Assembly: GCF_027364955.1 (NCBI RefSeq)
Contig: NZ_DAHXOI010000004.1
Span: forward strand, 36,850 to 100,849
Reading direction: 5' to 3'
Length of the DNA stretch: 64,000 nucleotides
Source of the DNA: Ferrimicrobium sp.
GTDB lineage: Bacteria; Actinomycetota; Acidimicrobiia; Acidimicrobiales; Acidimicrobiaceae
Below, piece after piece: positions 54,878 through 64,000 of this stretch. The position numbers were made by a program, and so were the translations under genes. A model generated the notes under the pieces. The model saw only the letters and a list, made by a program, of their open reading frames with translations. It had not been told where the DNA came from and made no database searches. How positions within the stretch are numbered: the stretch's first letter is position 1; the number at the start of each line of letters is the position of its first letter.

Positions 54878-54986
54878 GGTTCCCTTGGGCAAGCCAGTTT
54901 GCTGATCTGAGCTCCGCTTGATTGAGCGAGAGTAACCCCATGGCCGGAAGGCCATGGGGTCGTAGAGGACTTTATTATTGATACCC

Positions 54987-57272
54987 CTAGCGGGCCCGAT
55001 CACGAATGATATTGAGGGCGCTCCCAGCGCGGAACCATTCGATGTGGGTGGGAGAGAGGGTATGGGTCATCGTAAAGTCGATTGTTTCGCCGTTGGTGTG
55101 ATGGATTCGCCCCTGAACAGGACGATTCGGGGCGAGGGACGCAAGGTCGAGGATGTCAATCGTGTCATCCCTCTCGATGAGGTCGTAGGTACCGCTATCA
55201 GCGAAGACGAGCGGGAGTAACCCCTGTTTTTTGAGATTCGTCTCAGCGATGCGAGCGAACGATCGCGCGATGATGGCTTTTGCTCCAAGGAAACGGGGCT
55301 CCATCGCTGCGTGTTCGCGTGATGAACCCTCACCATAGTTCTCGTCGCCGATGGCGATCCAGCCGATGCCTGCCGCCTTGTAGTGGCGTGCAATCTCTGG
55401 GAGCGACTCCTCGGCGTGATGAATGCTGCACCAGCCCTTCCCCGCCTGCGATCCGAAGGCGTTGTTGACGCCGAGGAAGAGGTTGTTGGAGATGTTGTCG
55501 AGGTGTCCTCGATAGCGAAGCCAAGGCCCAGCTGCGGAGATATGGTCAGTGGTGCATTTGCCGACGGCCTTCATAAGCACAGGCATCGCCAGGAAGTCCT
55601 GTCCATCCCAAGGGGCGAAGGGACTGAGGAGTTGGAGACGCTCGGAGGAGGGGTCGACTTTGACCACGATGTCGGTGGTGTCGACCGGAGGTGCTTGGAA
55701 TCCTGACTGCTCCTTTGCAAAGCCAAGCGAGGGGAGCATCTCGCCGCTTGGCTGTGGGATCAGTTCGCCCTCGATCGGGTCAGTCAATGGGTTGAAGTTC
55801 AAGTGCCCCACGAGTGCATAGGCCACGACGATCTCTGGCGATGCGATGAAGGCCAGGGTGTTGGCGCTACCGTCGTTACGCTTGGGGAAGTTGCGGTTGT
55901 AGGAGGTGAGAATCGAGTTGACTCCCTCGGCGGCCGCATCGGTGCGTTTCCACTGGCCGATGCAGGGACCACACGCGTTCGCCAATTCAGTGGCTCCGAT
56001 TGCGCGTAGGTCATCGAGAAGACCGTCACGCTCTACGGTGGCACGCACGCGCTCAGAACCAGGGGTTACGAGGAGCGGGCTCTTGACGGTGAGACCACGC
56101 GCGTTCGCCCAGCGAGCGACCGAGGCAGCCCGTGCGATGTCCTCATAGGAGGAGTTGGTGCAGGAGCCAACCAAAGTATACGAGAGCTGTTCGGGCCACC
56201 CCTTCTCTCGCGCTTCGTCGCCGATAGCGCCCACGCCTCGTCCGAGATCAGGTGTACCAGGGCCAACGATTTGGGGCTCGAGGGTGTTAAGGTCGATCTC
56301 GATCAACTGATCGAAGTAGGGACCCGGATCCTGTTCGACCTCGGGGTCGTCAGTGAGTTCGCCCAAGTGAGCGGCGACCAGATCAGCAATGGCTTCTCGT
56401 CCCGTGGATCGAAGATAGGCGACAGAGTTGTCATCGGCAGGGAAGAGCGAGCATGTCGCTCCAATCTCAGCACCCATGTTACAGATCGTGGCTTTGCCGG
56501 TCGTGGAGAGCGCTCTGGCTCCCTCGCCGAAGTACTCCAAGATGGCTCCGGTGCCGCCCTTGACCGTGAGGATCTCAGCGACTCGAAGGATGACATCCTT
56601 GGCAGAGGTCCAGCCGGAGGGTTTGCCGGTCAGGTGGACACCGATAAGCTTTGGCAAGCGGACATTGAAGGGCATGCCGACCATGACATCGACTGCGTCA
56701 GCTCCGCCGACACCGATCGCGACCATGCTCAGGCCCCCGGCATTCGGAGTGTGTGAATCGGTCCCGATCATCATGGCACCCGGGAAGGCATACTGTTCGA
56801 GCACAACCTGATGGATGATTCCTGAGCCTGGCTCCCAGAACCCGAGACCGTATTTGGCTGAGACTGAACGCAGAAAATCGTAGACCTCTTTGTTGGTCAC
56901 CTCAGCGGTTTCAAGATCAGCCGTGGCCCCGAACTGGGCCTGGATGAGATGGTCACAATGGACGGTTGAAGGTACCGCAACCTGGGGCAAACCAGCGGTC
57001 ATGAATTGGAGTAGAGCCATCTGGGCAGTGGCATCTTGCATAGCGACCCGATCAGGCATGAGCTCGACATAGCTGACCCCTCGCTGAAGGTCCGTTGTCT
57101 CCGGATGGAGGAAGTGGGCAAACAGTACCTTCTCGGCGTAGGTGAGTGGTCGGCCGAGGCGTTGGCGTCCGATGGGAGTGGTCTCAGCGAGTCGGTCATA
57201 GAGTTTCGTGACACTAGCGGCCGGTGTCGATGCATCTACAGTGGTCATGGTCGTCCTTTCGTCGGTAGCCAT
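54987..57272 (-). CDS. acn: Aconitate hydratase (~760-aa mitochondrial-type aconitase)
   Basis: 761 aa. Fe-S ligand regions MIGTDSHTPNAGG and NACGPCIGQWKR. Also SYNRNFPKRNDGS. Confidence 0.9.
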   Translation of the reverse strand: MATDERTTMTTVDASTPAASVTKLYDRLAETTPIGRQRLGRPLTYAEKVLFAHFLHPETTDLQRGVSYVELMPDRVAMQDATAQMALLQFMTAGLPQVAVPSTVHCDHLIQAQFGATADLETAEVTNKEVYDFLRSVSAKYGLGFWEPGSGIIHQVVLEQYAFPGAMMIGTDSHTPNAGGLSMVAIGVGGADAVDVMVGMPFNVRLPKLIGVHLTGKPSGWTSAKDVILRVAEILTVKGGTGAILEYFGEGARALSTTGKATICNMGAEIGATCSLFPADDNSVAYLRSTGREAIADLVAAHLGELTDDPEVEQDPGPYFDQLIEIDLNTLEPQIVGPGTPDLGRGVGAIGDEAREKGWPEQLSYTLVGSCTNSSYEDIARAASVARWANARGLTVKSPLLVTPGSERVRATVERDGLLDDLRAIGATELANACGPCIGQWKRTDAAAEGVNSILTSYNRNFPKRNDGSANTLAFIASPEIVVAYALVGHLNFNPLTDPIEGELIPQPSGEMLPSLGFAKEQSGFQAPPVDTTDIVVKVDPSSERLQLLSPFAPWDGQDFLAMPVLMKAVGKCTTDHISAAGPWLRYRGHLDNISNNLFLGVNNAFGSQAGKGWCSIHHAEESLPEIARHYKAAGIGWIAIGDENYGEGSSREHAAMEPRFLGAKAIIARSFARIAETNLKKQGLLPLVFADSGTYDLIERDDTIDILDLASLAPNRPVQGRIHHTNGETIDFTMTHTLSPTHIEWFRAGSALNIIRDRAR

Positions 57273-57279
57273 AAGTATA

Positions 57280-57295
57280 ATACAAGTTTAAGACA
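57280..57295. promoter_or_regulatory. 16-nt motif ATACAAGTTTAAGACA, candidate GntR/HutC operator 8 nt upstream of the aconitase ATG
   Basis: 15/16 identical to 57692-57707. The core GT-N-TA-NN-AC resembles GntR-family half-palindromic operators. An extra AAGTATAA half-copy lies at 57273-57280. Confidence 0.45.
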
Positions 57296-57691
57296 GGTGC
57301 AACATCCGATGCATCGATGCCCGTGGTAGCGAGGGGACACACGTGATCGTCGCGGTACTGAGGAGCATCGGGGGATTGGAGTCTTCTAGGATTGCGATGA
57401 TGTCGCCGTGAACGCTTTGTCAGACATGCATTGACGACCACGTATCTACCATGCAGTCGCTCTGGCACTGCCCGCTGAACACTTCCTCCGGATGCCAAGT
57501 GATGACGTGTCGGAGCGCGGAGTCGACGCTTTCCCATACACCACGGACACGCAAGAGAGCGTAGAAGGGGACGCACAAGCGGGAGAGGCGCTACGAAGCG
57601 TGCCTTGTCTAGCGCCCAGTGAGGAGCTCTGAGTCGCTACCGACAAGGATCCGAAAGGACGGTTTGGTGTGAGGCAGATTGGCGTAGTAGG

Positions 57692-57707
57692 ATACAAGTA
57701 TAAGACA
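57692..57707. promoter_or_regulatory. 16-nt motif ATACAAGTATAAGACA, candidate autoregulatory operator overlapping the gntR ATG
   Basis: Second copy of the motif at 57280-57295. Its last base is the A of the ATG at 57707. Confidence 0.45.
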
Positions 57708-58464
57708 TGTTCGCGTACCCCGTTATTCGAGTGTCGCCGAGGCGATTCGAGCGGAGATCTCCTCCGCCGATTTTCGTACCGGTGACCTCCTGCCCTCCGA
57801 AGCCGATCTCGGCTCTCGGTTCGGCGTTTCACGTATCACCGTGCGTAAGGCCTTAGAGATTCTTCGCGGAGAGGGGCTGGTGGAGTCCCAACAGGGGAGG
57901 GGATGGGTGGTGACTCGCGCACCCCTTCGACAGGTCCTTGGGGAGTTTGCCACGATTGAGCATCAGCTCGAAGAGATTGGGGTCGTGCCTCGTCGGCGTA
58001 TTGTTGCTTCTCGCGTGATCACGGCTACCGGACGCCTTGAGGAGGTGCTTGGCGGCGGTGAGCTGTTGGAGGTGACGAGGGTCAACCTCGCTGATGGTTC
58101 ACCTTTCGCGAAGGTAACGGTGTGGGTGCCGTCCTTTCTTGGTAAGGGACTTTCGATCGCCGATCTTGAACATCGCTCCTTCTATGAGTTGTTGAGTGCA
58201 TCCCATCTGCTCAAGCGCCCACTCAAGCGGGCCGTTCAAACGATTGCCGGCGTCACGATCGCCGATGCCGATGCCGATCTGTTGGGTGTAGCCTCTGGGG
58301 TGCCAGGGCTTTTATGTGAACGGATCACCTTTGACGAAGGCGATCATCCTGTCCTCTTCTCTCGCTCGTTGTTTCCGGCCTCGATGGCAGTCTTTGAGAT
58401 TGAGCTCACCCCTGCACTGGACTCCGTGACACCAACTGGGTTGCGCCTGATGGAGTCGAGTTGA
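57707..58464 (+). CDS. GntR-family (HutC subfamily, UTRA domain) regulator; the 5' end is frame-disrupted as sequenced
   Basis: The wHTH PRYSSVAEAIRAEISS..LPSEADLGSRFGVSRITVRKALEILRGEGLV is encoded in the frame open from 57691. That frame has no ATG, GTG or TTG before the GTG at 57841, which lies inside the HTH. The only nearby ATG (57707) is in another frame. One extra C in the C4 run at 57718-57721 would join them into MFAYPRYSSVAEAI.... Confidence 0.65.
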
Positions 58465-59128
58465 GTCTGGCCCCCGTTGCGTCGCCGGCGAGGTGGCAGT
58501 AACGGGGTCGAGCCTCCTTGTATGCTCGATGAGGGTAGCGTGAAGGCTCACAGGAACAAGGCTGCGGTTTGCATGATGAACAGTGTTAACCAATCTGATT
58601 GTTATTGAGTGATTGCGCTCAATTAGACTGTGTGCGCCGTTGATCCCTTGCCTGCTAGCTTCAGACACACTTGCCATGACCGACCGACCATATCTTCGGG
58701 TGGGACGCTCACCTCGCATCGAAGGGTGATCGTTATCGGCCACTCATAACATCGGTGCTGGGGATGACTCCAATGTCTACGGCATGCACGACAAGGTCGA
58801 TTGTGTTGCGATCCGCCATTGGCACCGTTCTTTAGGCTACCGGGAACCGAGGAGTCTCGTCCGATCGAGGATGCCTCAATCCTTTTTGCGTGGGCCCAGG
58901 CGACCGATCCATGACCATTGAGCCACACCAACATGGGGCGATGGCCGGCGGTAAGTTACCGTCGGATTCCCTCTTCAGCCATGGAGCAGAAGGAGGGCGA
59001 AAGGTTGGATCCTGAGATTTAGCTGAGAAGCGAGGCAAATGAATGGCAATGAGGGGTGATTCTGTCGCATTCCCGTTACTATTGTGGCCTTCGGCACATT
59101 TCGTGCATGGTACGGTTTGGGGGAAATT

Positions 59129-60379
59129 GTGAAAATTCGTTCTTTTGTTGGGTTAGCGGCTGCCGCGAGCATGGTTCTGGCCGCTTGTGGTTCTTCGTCA
59201 TCGTCTACCGCGTCATCGACGTCGAAGGCACCAGCTGATATCACCATCGGTACCGCCTATTCCGGCTCTGGATCCTTTGCGACCTCCTCGCTTCCTGAGC
59301 TCGATGGCCTAAAGTTCTGGATCACTCAGGAGAATAAGAAGGGCGGGGTCTACGTCGGCGCCTATAAGAAGCGCATCCCTGTCAAGCTGGTGGCCTACAA
59401 TGATCTGAGCTCGGCTTCGACGGCGGCCACGCTCTACAATCAGTTGATCACCCAGGACAAGGTGAATATCTTGGTAGCGGATTTTGGATCCGTCCTCACC
59501 GCACCCGCCGTCTCGCTCGCTGAGGCGCACAAGGTGGTGTTGTTTGACCAGTCAGGGACTGGGATCCCCTTCTTCAGCCCCTCGAATAAGTACATTGTTC
59601 TCTGCGACCTGCCTGAGTCTGATATCTGGCCAGATCCGTTGGCACAGTTTCTTATCGCTAAGAAGATCAAGAAGGTCGCCATTGTGTATGCGACGAATGA
59701 CTTTGATCAATCGCAGGCGATTACCCTCAAGAGCAAGTTAGCGACTGCGGGTATCACGCCAGTGGTCTACGAGGGGGTTCCCACCAGCACCACGAGTTAT
59801 ACCACGATTCTCCAGTCGGTTGAGGCAAAGCATCCAGATGCGATCCTCGAGTTGGGCTACCAGCCCAACGACACCGCCTTCTTGCAAAATGTTGAGTCAG
59901 CAGGCCTACATCCGAAGATGACCTTCACGGTTTTTCCAGGACAGCTGCTCAGTCTCTTCAAGAGTGAAGTTGGTACGGCTGGACTGAAATATACCTATAC
60001 CTATGGCACCAATCTCTATGTCAACTATCCTAACGTTACGGAGGGGTTGAACTCGACTGCCTTTAAGACCCAGTTTGCTGCGGCCTATCCGGGGCAGCTC
60101 AACACGCTCTCCCTGCTCGGCTACAATACTGGCTTGGTGGTAGAGGGTGCGTTGAGGAATGCGAAGTCGCTGAGTCAGTCGGCGATTCGAGCAGGTGCTC
60201 AGGCGCTCTCTGGCAAGATGACGACGGTCGATGGTAAGTTCGTGCTCGATTCTGAGGGTGCGCAAGTCGGTGAATTGCTTCCACTAGCCCAACTTTTCCC
60301 GTCGAGTGCAGGAGTCACGCTCCATGCGGTTTACCCGGCATCGCAGGCAACAGCCACCGCTGCATATCCTGCTCCATGA
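59129..60379 (+). CDS. ABC substrate-binding lipoprotein (branched-chain amino-acid / LivK-like family)
   Basis: The GTG at 59129 follows GGGGGA. Lipobox MVLAACGSS. Periplasmic-binding type-6 features (GTAYSGSGSFA..., VKLVAYNDLSS). Confidence 0.8.
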   Translation: MKIRSFVGLAAAASMVLAACGSSSSSTASSTSKAPADITIGTAYSGSGSFATSSLPELDGLKFWITQENKKGGVYVGAYKKRIPVKLVAYNDLSSASTAATLYNQLITQDKVNILVADFGSVLTAPAVSLAEAHKVVLFDQSGTGIPFFSPSNKYIVLCDLPESDIWPDPLAQFLIAKKIKKVAIVYATNDFDQSQAITLKSKLATAGITPVVYEGVPTSTTSYTTILQSVEAKHPDAILELGYQPNDTAFLQNVESAGLHPKMTFTVFPGQLLSLFKSEVGTAGLKYTYTYGTNLYVNYPNVTEGLNSTAFKTQFAAAYPGQLNTLSLLGYNTGLVVEGALRNAKSLSQSAIRAGAQALSGKMTTVDGKFVLDSEGAQVGELLPLAQLFPSSAGVTLHAVYPASQATATAAYPAP

Positions 60380-60451
60380 TCGAAGCGGAGTCTCTAGACC
60401 CACCCGCTTGGGTGGGTCTACAAGTCCTTGGGGTACCTTCCGGGGGCAGGC

Positions 60452-61330
60452 GTGCTTTTTGAGTTTGCCGTCGTCGGGGGTGTTCTCCTTGGTATCTATT
60501 ATGCGCTGTTTGCGATGGGCCTTAATGTCGTCTTCGGAGCACAGCGAATTATCAACCTCGCTCATGGCGATATCGTGGTGCTCGGTGGTTATGCGGCTTG
60601 GGAGCTCTACGAGACCGCCCACCTGTCCCCGATCGTCGCGGCGGTGGTCGTACTGCCATTCGCTATTGCACTGGGATTCGCAGTCCATCGCTATCTGACG
60701 CCGCGGTTGACGAAATCCGCTGATCCCGAGACCCTCTCGCTAATCCTCTTCTTTGGCTTGTCCCAAGTGTTTGAGGCGGCCGCATCGCTCATCTTCGGAC
60801 CAAATGAACACTCGTTGCCTACGAGTGCCCTTCCGGTTTCATCGCTGCATCTGCTGGGCGAGTCGTACCCTGGGATATGGTGGGTTGCTGCGCTCGTGAG
60901 CATTCCGATCCTCGGAGTGTTTCTGTGGCTCCTTTACCGCACTCCGTTTGGCCTGCGTGTGCGGGCAGTCATGTCCTCTGCGAGCGAGGCGGCGACAGCA
61001 GGCATTGAGTCGAGGCTGGTGTCGGGCCTGTTCTTTGGTATCGGCTTTGGTCTGGCCGCGGCCGCTGGAACGATGGGCATCTTCATCTTTGGTGGTATCG
61101 CCCCCACGGATGGAGTAGCCTTGACGATCACGGCCTTTGCGATTATCGTCTTTGGTTCCTTGGGTAACCCAGTTGGTACGGTGATCGCGGCACTGATCTT
61201 TGGTGTGGTGACCCAATTAGCACAGGTCTATGCACCGAGCTGGTCAAACTTGGTCCCCTACGCATTGGTTATTCTTACCATGCTCCTTCGGCCACAGGGT
61301 CTACTGGGAAGGAGGCAACGTGTCGCTTAG
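60452..61330 (+). CDS. Branched-chain amino-acid ABC permease (LivH-like)
   Basis: GTG at 60452 (the track uses the TTG at 60428). VLFEFAVVGGVLLGIYYALFAMGLNVVFGAQRIINLAHGD is the typical LivH N-terminus. Confidence 0.85.
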   Translation: MLFEFAVVGGVLLGIYYALFAMGLNVVFGAQRIINLAHGDIVVLGGYAAWELYETAHLSPIVAAVVVLPFAIALGFAVHRYLTPRLTKSADPETLSLILFFGLSQVFEAAASLIFGPNEHSLPTSALPVSSLHLLGESYPGIWWVAALVSIPILGVFLWLLYRTPFGLRVRAVMSSASEAATAGIESRLVSGLFFGIGFGLAAAAGTMGIFIFGGIAPTDGVALTITAFAIIVFGSLGNPVGTVIAALIFGVVTQLAQVYAPSWSNLVPYALVILTMLLRPQGLLGRRQRVA

Positions 61331-62312
61331 CGCACGTCAGGTACCCGTGATAGGGGAAGGTAAGCAGGGGCCAAGGTGGCGGCGGTCTCTTTCGCCTGGC
61401 CTGGCAGTGGCGATACCGGTACTGGCCTTTCTCGTCGCGGTTCATGTCTATTCCAATGAGCTACTCTTGGTCGATATGGCGATCTACATTGCGTTAGCGC
61501 AGGGGATCAACATTATCTATGGGTTTACTGGTTACCTTCCCTTTGGATACTTCGGTTTCTTTGGTATCGGGGCCTATGTTGCCGGATATGGGATCGTGCA
61601 CCTTGGCCTCTCTGGGCCGGTTGCGGCCCTCTTTGGTGGTGTCGGTGGCGTTGTCGTTGGGGCGGTGATGCTGCCTTTGTTTCGACTCAAGGGCGCCTAT
61701 TTCGCCTTAACGACGCTCGCGGTGGGGGAGGCGCTCTACGCAATCGTTTCCAATCCATCGCTGACGAAGATAACCAATGGACCGTATGGATTGAATTTAG
61801 CAGCGGTCTACTCCTCTGGATGGTCATTTGGTATGGCGGTTGGTCTCGCTGGGGTCTCGATCCTCGCGGTGGTGTTGATCAAGAACTCCCGTTATGGGAT
61901 GACCCTCAAGGCGATTCGCGACGATCCATACTCGGCCGCAATGGCGGGCATCAATGTCGCACGTGATCGGTTCTACGCGTGGCTGATCGCTGCCGCGATC
62001 GCTGGGGTCGGAGGCGCGATCTACGGTTGGGCGATCAGCGTGTTTTACCCGCAGGACGTCTTTGATGTGACGGTATCGGTTTTTGCTATCGTCTTTGCGT
62101 TGTTTGGGGGCATTGGTACGATTTGGGGACCGACACTTGGCGCAGCGGTGCTGTACGCGGTGTATAACGTGGTGGGTGTCTCCAACCCGCAATACTTCCA
62201 GTTGATCTATGGCCTCGTGATCGTGCTCTTGGTCTTGTTTGCCCCACGGGGTCTCGCCGGTATCGCGCGCTACCTGCACGAACACCGACCGTTTATGCGG
62301 AGTTCTCGCTGA
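61320..62312 (+). CDS. Branched-chain amino-acid ABC permease (LivM-like)
   Basis: The GTG at 61320 follows GGAAGGAGG and overlaps the livH-like stop. About 8-9 TM segments, with YIALAQGINIIYGFTGYLPFG. Confidence 0.85.
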   Translation: MSLSARQVPVIGEGKQGPRWRRSLSPGLAVAIPVLAFLVAVHVYSNELLLVDMAIYIALAQGINIIYGFTGYLPFGYFGFFGIGAYVAGYGIVHLGLSGPVAALFGGVGGVVVGAVMLPLFRLKGAYFALTTLAVGEALYAIVSNPSLTKITNGPYGLNLAAVYSSGWSFGMAVGLAGVSILAVVLIKNSRYGMTLKAIRDDPYSAAMAGINVARDRFYAWLIAAAIAGVGGAIYGWAISVFYPQDVFDVTVSVFAIVFALFGGIGTIWGPTLGAAVLYAVYNVVGVSNPQYFQLIYGLVIVLLVLFAPRGLAGIARYLHEHRPFMRSSR

Positions 62313-63049
62313 TGGTCGATACGGTGACGCCAAACTCCCCCCTGCTCCAGGTCGCGGACCTCGTGACCCGGTTCGGAAAGTTTCGTGCGCTCGACGGCGT
62401 CTCGATCGAGGTGGGAGCCGCGCAGGCGATCGGGCTGGTTGGGCCGAATGGCTCTGGGAAGACGACATTGGTCAACACCGTCTGTGGACTGTACCCACCA
62501 GCGGCAGGGTCGATACACTTCGCAGGTGCGAACCTTACCGGAAAACGGGCTGATCTCATCGCTCGGGCGGGCATCAACCGTACCTTTCAGATCTCGAAGC
62601 CATTCGCCAGTTTGACGGTGCGCGAGAATGTGGAGGTGGCTGCGCATCACGCCCATCATCCGAGAGGTGTTGATGAAGTGCTCGAGACGACGAATTTACT
62701 GCGCGAGTCACGAGCCTCAGCGAGCGACCTGACGGCGGCACAACAGAAACGTCTGGACCTGGCGCGGGCGCTGGTGATGTCGCCGCGTCTCTTGTTTATC
62801 GATGAGCTTGCCGCTGGTTTAACCCCCAATGAACTCCAGGATGTAGCGACCATGCTCCGAAATCTCGTGGACGAAGGCATCTCGTTGGTGGTGGTCGAGC
62901 ACCTGATGGGCTTTCTTGAACAGGTGGTAGATGGCGTCTATGTACTTACGGCGGGTCAAGTGATCTTTCAGGGATCGCTGCGCGATGCACTCGCAGATAA
63001 TCGAGTTCAAGAGGTCTTCCTTGGAAGGAACGACAGTGCTACGAGCTGA
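62312..63049 (+). CDS. ABC ATP-binding protein (LivG-like)
   Basis: Walker A GPNGSGKTT. Walker B LLFIDELAAGL. The start shares one nucleotide (62312) with the stop of the upstream livM-like gene (TGATG). Confidence 0.9.
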   Translation: MVDTVTPNSPLLQVADLVTRFGKFRALDGVSIEVGAAQAIGLVGPNGSGKTTLVNTVCGLYPPAAGSIHFAGANLTGKRADLIARAGINRTFQISKPFASLTVRENVEVAAHHAHHPRGVDEVLETTNLLRESRASASDLTAAQQKRLDLARALVMSPRLLFIDELAAGLTPNELQDVATMLRNLVDEGISLVVVEHLMGFLEQVVDGVYVLTAGQVIFQGSLRDALADNRVQEVFLGRNDSATS

Positions 63050-63731
63050 AGGTGTCGAGTCTGGCTACGGAAGCGTGCAGATTTTGTGGGGTCTTGATCT
63101 CAGCGTTCAAGAGAATGAGGTTCACGTTCTTCTCGGTGCGAACGGGGCAGGCAAGTCAACGCTTCTCAAGGTTCTTGTTGGTCTGTTACCCTGTTGGGCG
63201 GGCGGCATCCATATCGATGGCAGTGACATCACAAGATTGTCTGCACCGCAGCGGACGAAGATTGGCCTTGGTTTCACTAGCGAGGTTGGCATTTTCCCGG
63301 ACCTCACCGTGGAGGAGAACCTGCGATTGAGCGCATTGGTGGTTCCTGCCGGCAAGAGAAAAGAAGCCATCGAATTCGCCTACAGTAGGTTTGCCGAGTT
63401 GCGGGGACGTCGGCGTGCGCTTGCCGGTGGGCTCTCAGGTGGTCAGCGTAAACTCGTCGCCATTGCCAGAGGGCTCGTGTCGCAGCCAAAGGTGCTATTG
63501 CTGGACGAACCCTCTGCCGGTCTCTCTCCGCGCTATGTGTCAGAGGTCGTGGATCGATTGGCGGAGTTGCGTGGGAGCACCACTCTCCTAGTGGCAGAGC
63601 AAAATGTCTCATTCTTGGAGATCGCTGATACGGTCTCCGTCCTCGAAGGTGGAAGGATTCGCTTCTCAGGCACCAAAGACTCCTTCTCCGATGATACCGC
63701 CCTTAGGGATGCTTTCTTTGGTCTCGAATAA
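63036..63731 (+). CDS. ABC ATP-binding protein (LivF-like)
   Basis: The GTG at 63036 follows GGAAGGA. Walker A GANGAGKST, signature LSGGQRK, Walker B LLLDEPSAGL. Confidence 0.9.
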   Translation: MLRAEGVESGYGSVQILWGLDLSVQENEVHVLLGANGAGKSTLLKVLVGLLPCWAGGIHIDGSDITRLSAPQRTKIGLGFTSEVGIFPDLTVEENLRLSALVVPAGKRKEAIEFAYSRFAELRGRRRALAGGLSGGQRKLVAIARGLVSQPKVLLLDEPSAGLSPRYVSEVVDRLAELRGSTTLLVAEQNVSFLEIADTVSVLEGGRIRFSGTKDSFSDDTALRDAFFGLE

Positions 63732-64000
63732 GACGTAGCGATCGTTACGTCGCAGGGGATGGGCGACACCCGAGACTGAGAGGCCGGAAACCTGAAATGT
63801 TGGATGAGTGGCTATTTGCCTGAGTGCCGCGAACCAAACATCTTTGGCCACTTACGCGGTTCCTCATGCTGGTGGCGGTGCTCGCTCGTTTGCCAGGCCT
63901 CAACCCAGCTCCGCGAGGGGGCAGGGAAGGAGAGTGCTCGGCCGGGTTGGCGCGCGGTGAAGAAATCCGTCGCTGCTTCGCGGCCCAGTACGCCGAGAGC

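Noticed and set aside
58465-59128. 660-nt region upstream of the Liv-type ABC operon, examined for a hidden gene or riboswitch
   Set aside because: Only short, compositionally odd ORFs are present. The strings CCTGAGA and TAGGCTACCGGGAACC vaguely recall TPP and ykkC cores, but the partner elements are absent. Left unannotated.
63812-64000. Possible 3' end of a minus-strand gene running in from beyond the window (...ALGVLGREAATDFFTARQPGRALSFPAPSRSWVEAWQ...K*)
   Set aside because: Only 62 codons are visible, another frame is equally open, and no family is recognisable. The evidence is insufficient to report a CDS.

Overview
This is a 64-kb, gene-dense chromosomal segment with about 50 CDS; 60-nt lines I counted by eye inside genes gave 55-60 % GC. 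It looks actinobacterial: it carries the mycothiol synthase mshD, the murT/gatD lipid-II amidation pair and a 6C-type sRNA with C-rich loops. It also shows many GTG/TTG starts and 4-nt ATGA gene overlaps.

I recognised no rRNA, tRNA, CRISPR array, transposase or integrase. All family calls come from motif recognition by eye on the supplied translations. No database was searched.

Gene content in order:
- FGGY kinase (partial)
- a rubrerythrin / CCG-type Fe-S oxidoreductase / DUF3501 cluster, then an acyl-CoA dehydrogenase
- two divergent c-di-GMP turnover genes, then trpD
- a lower-GC stretch of broken ORFs, then a DnaQ-like exonuclease
- three small membrane-protein genes
- a decayed class-V aminotransferase, mshD, nth
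- an MrfA/YprA-like DEAH helicase with a DUF1998 Zn module
- SRPBCC protein, amidase, methyltransferase, DUF302 protein, aldo-keto reductase
- Fur-family regulator and a ThDP enzyme
- a polytopic membrane protein and an L,D-transpeptidase
- a Moco oxidoreductase with its cytochrome b partner
- a 7.4-kb gene for a 2,460-aa secreted FN3-array protein
- HEAT-repeat protein, MFS transporter, USP
- an orphan NarL-type response regulator followed by a 1,043-aa double-FtsX permease and two ABC ATPases
- PhoU, SDR, LysR regulator, 6C sRNA, murT-gatD, aconitase
- a GntR/HutC regulator and a five-gene Liv-type ABC importer

I did not find a convincing self-contained novel multi-gene system such as a defence island. 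The best candidates for something undescribed are:
1. the giant FN3-array protein with a six-repeat, propeller-like C-terminus and no visible anchor;
2. the lower-GC interval of broken ORFs that appears translationally coupled to the exonuclease gene;
3. the kinase-less response regulator / FtsX / two-ATPase module with a perfect 21-bp tandem repeat upstream;
4. a 16-nt motif shared (15/16) by the aconitase and gntR start regions, where the gntR start itself is frame-disrupted.
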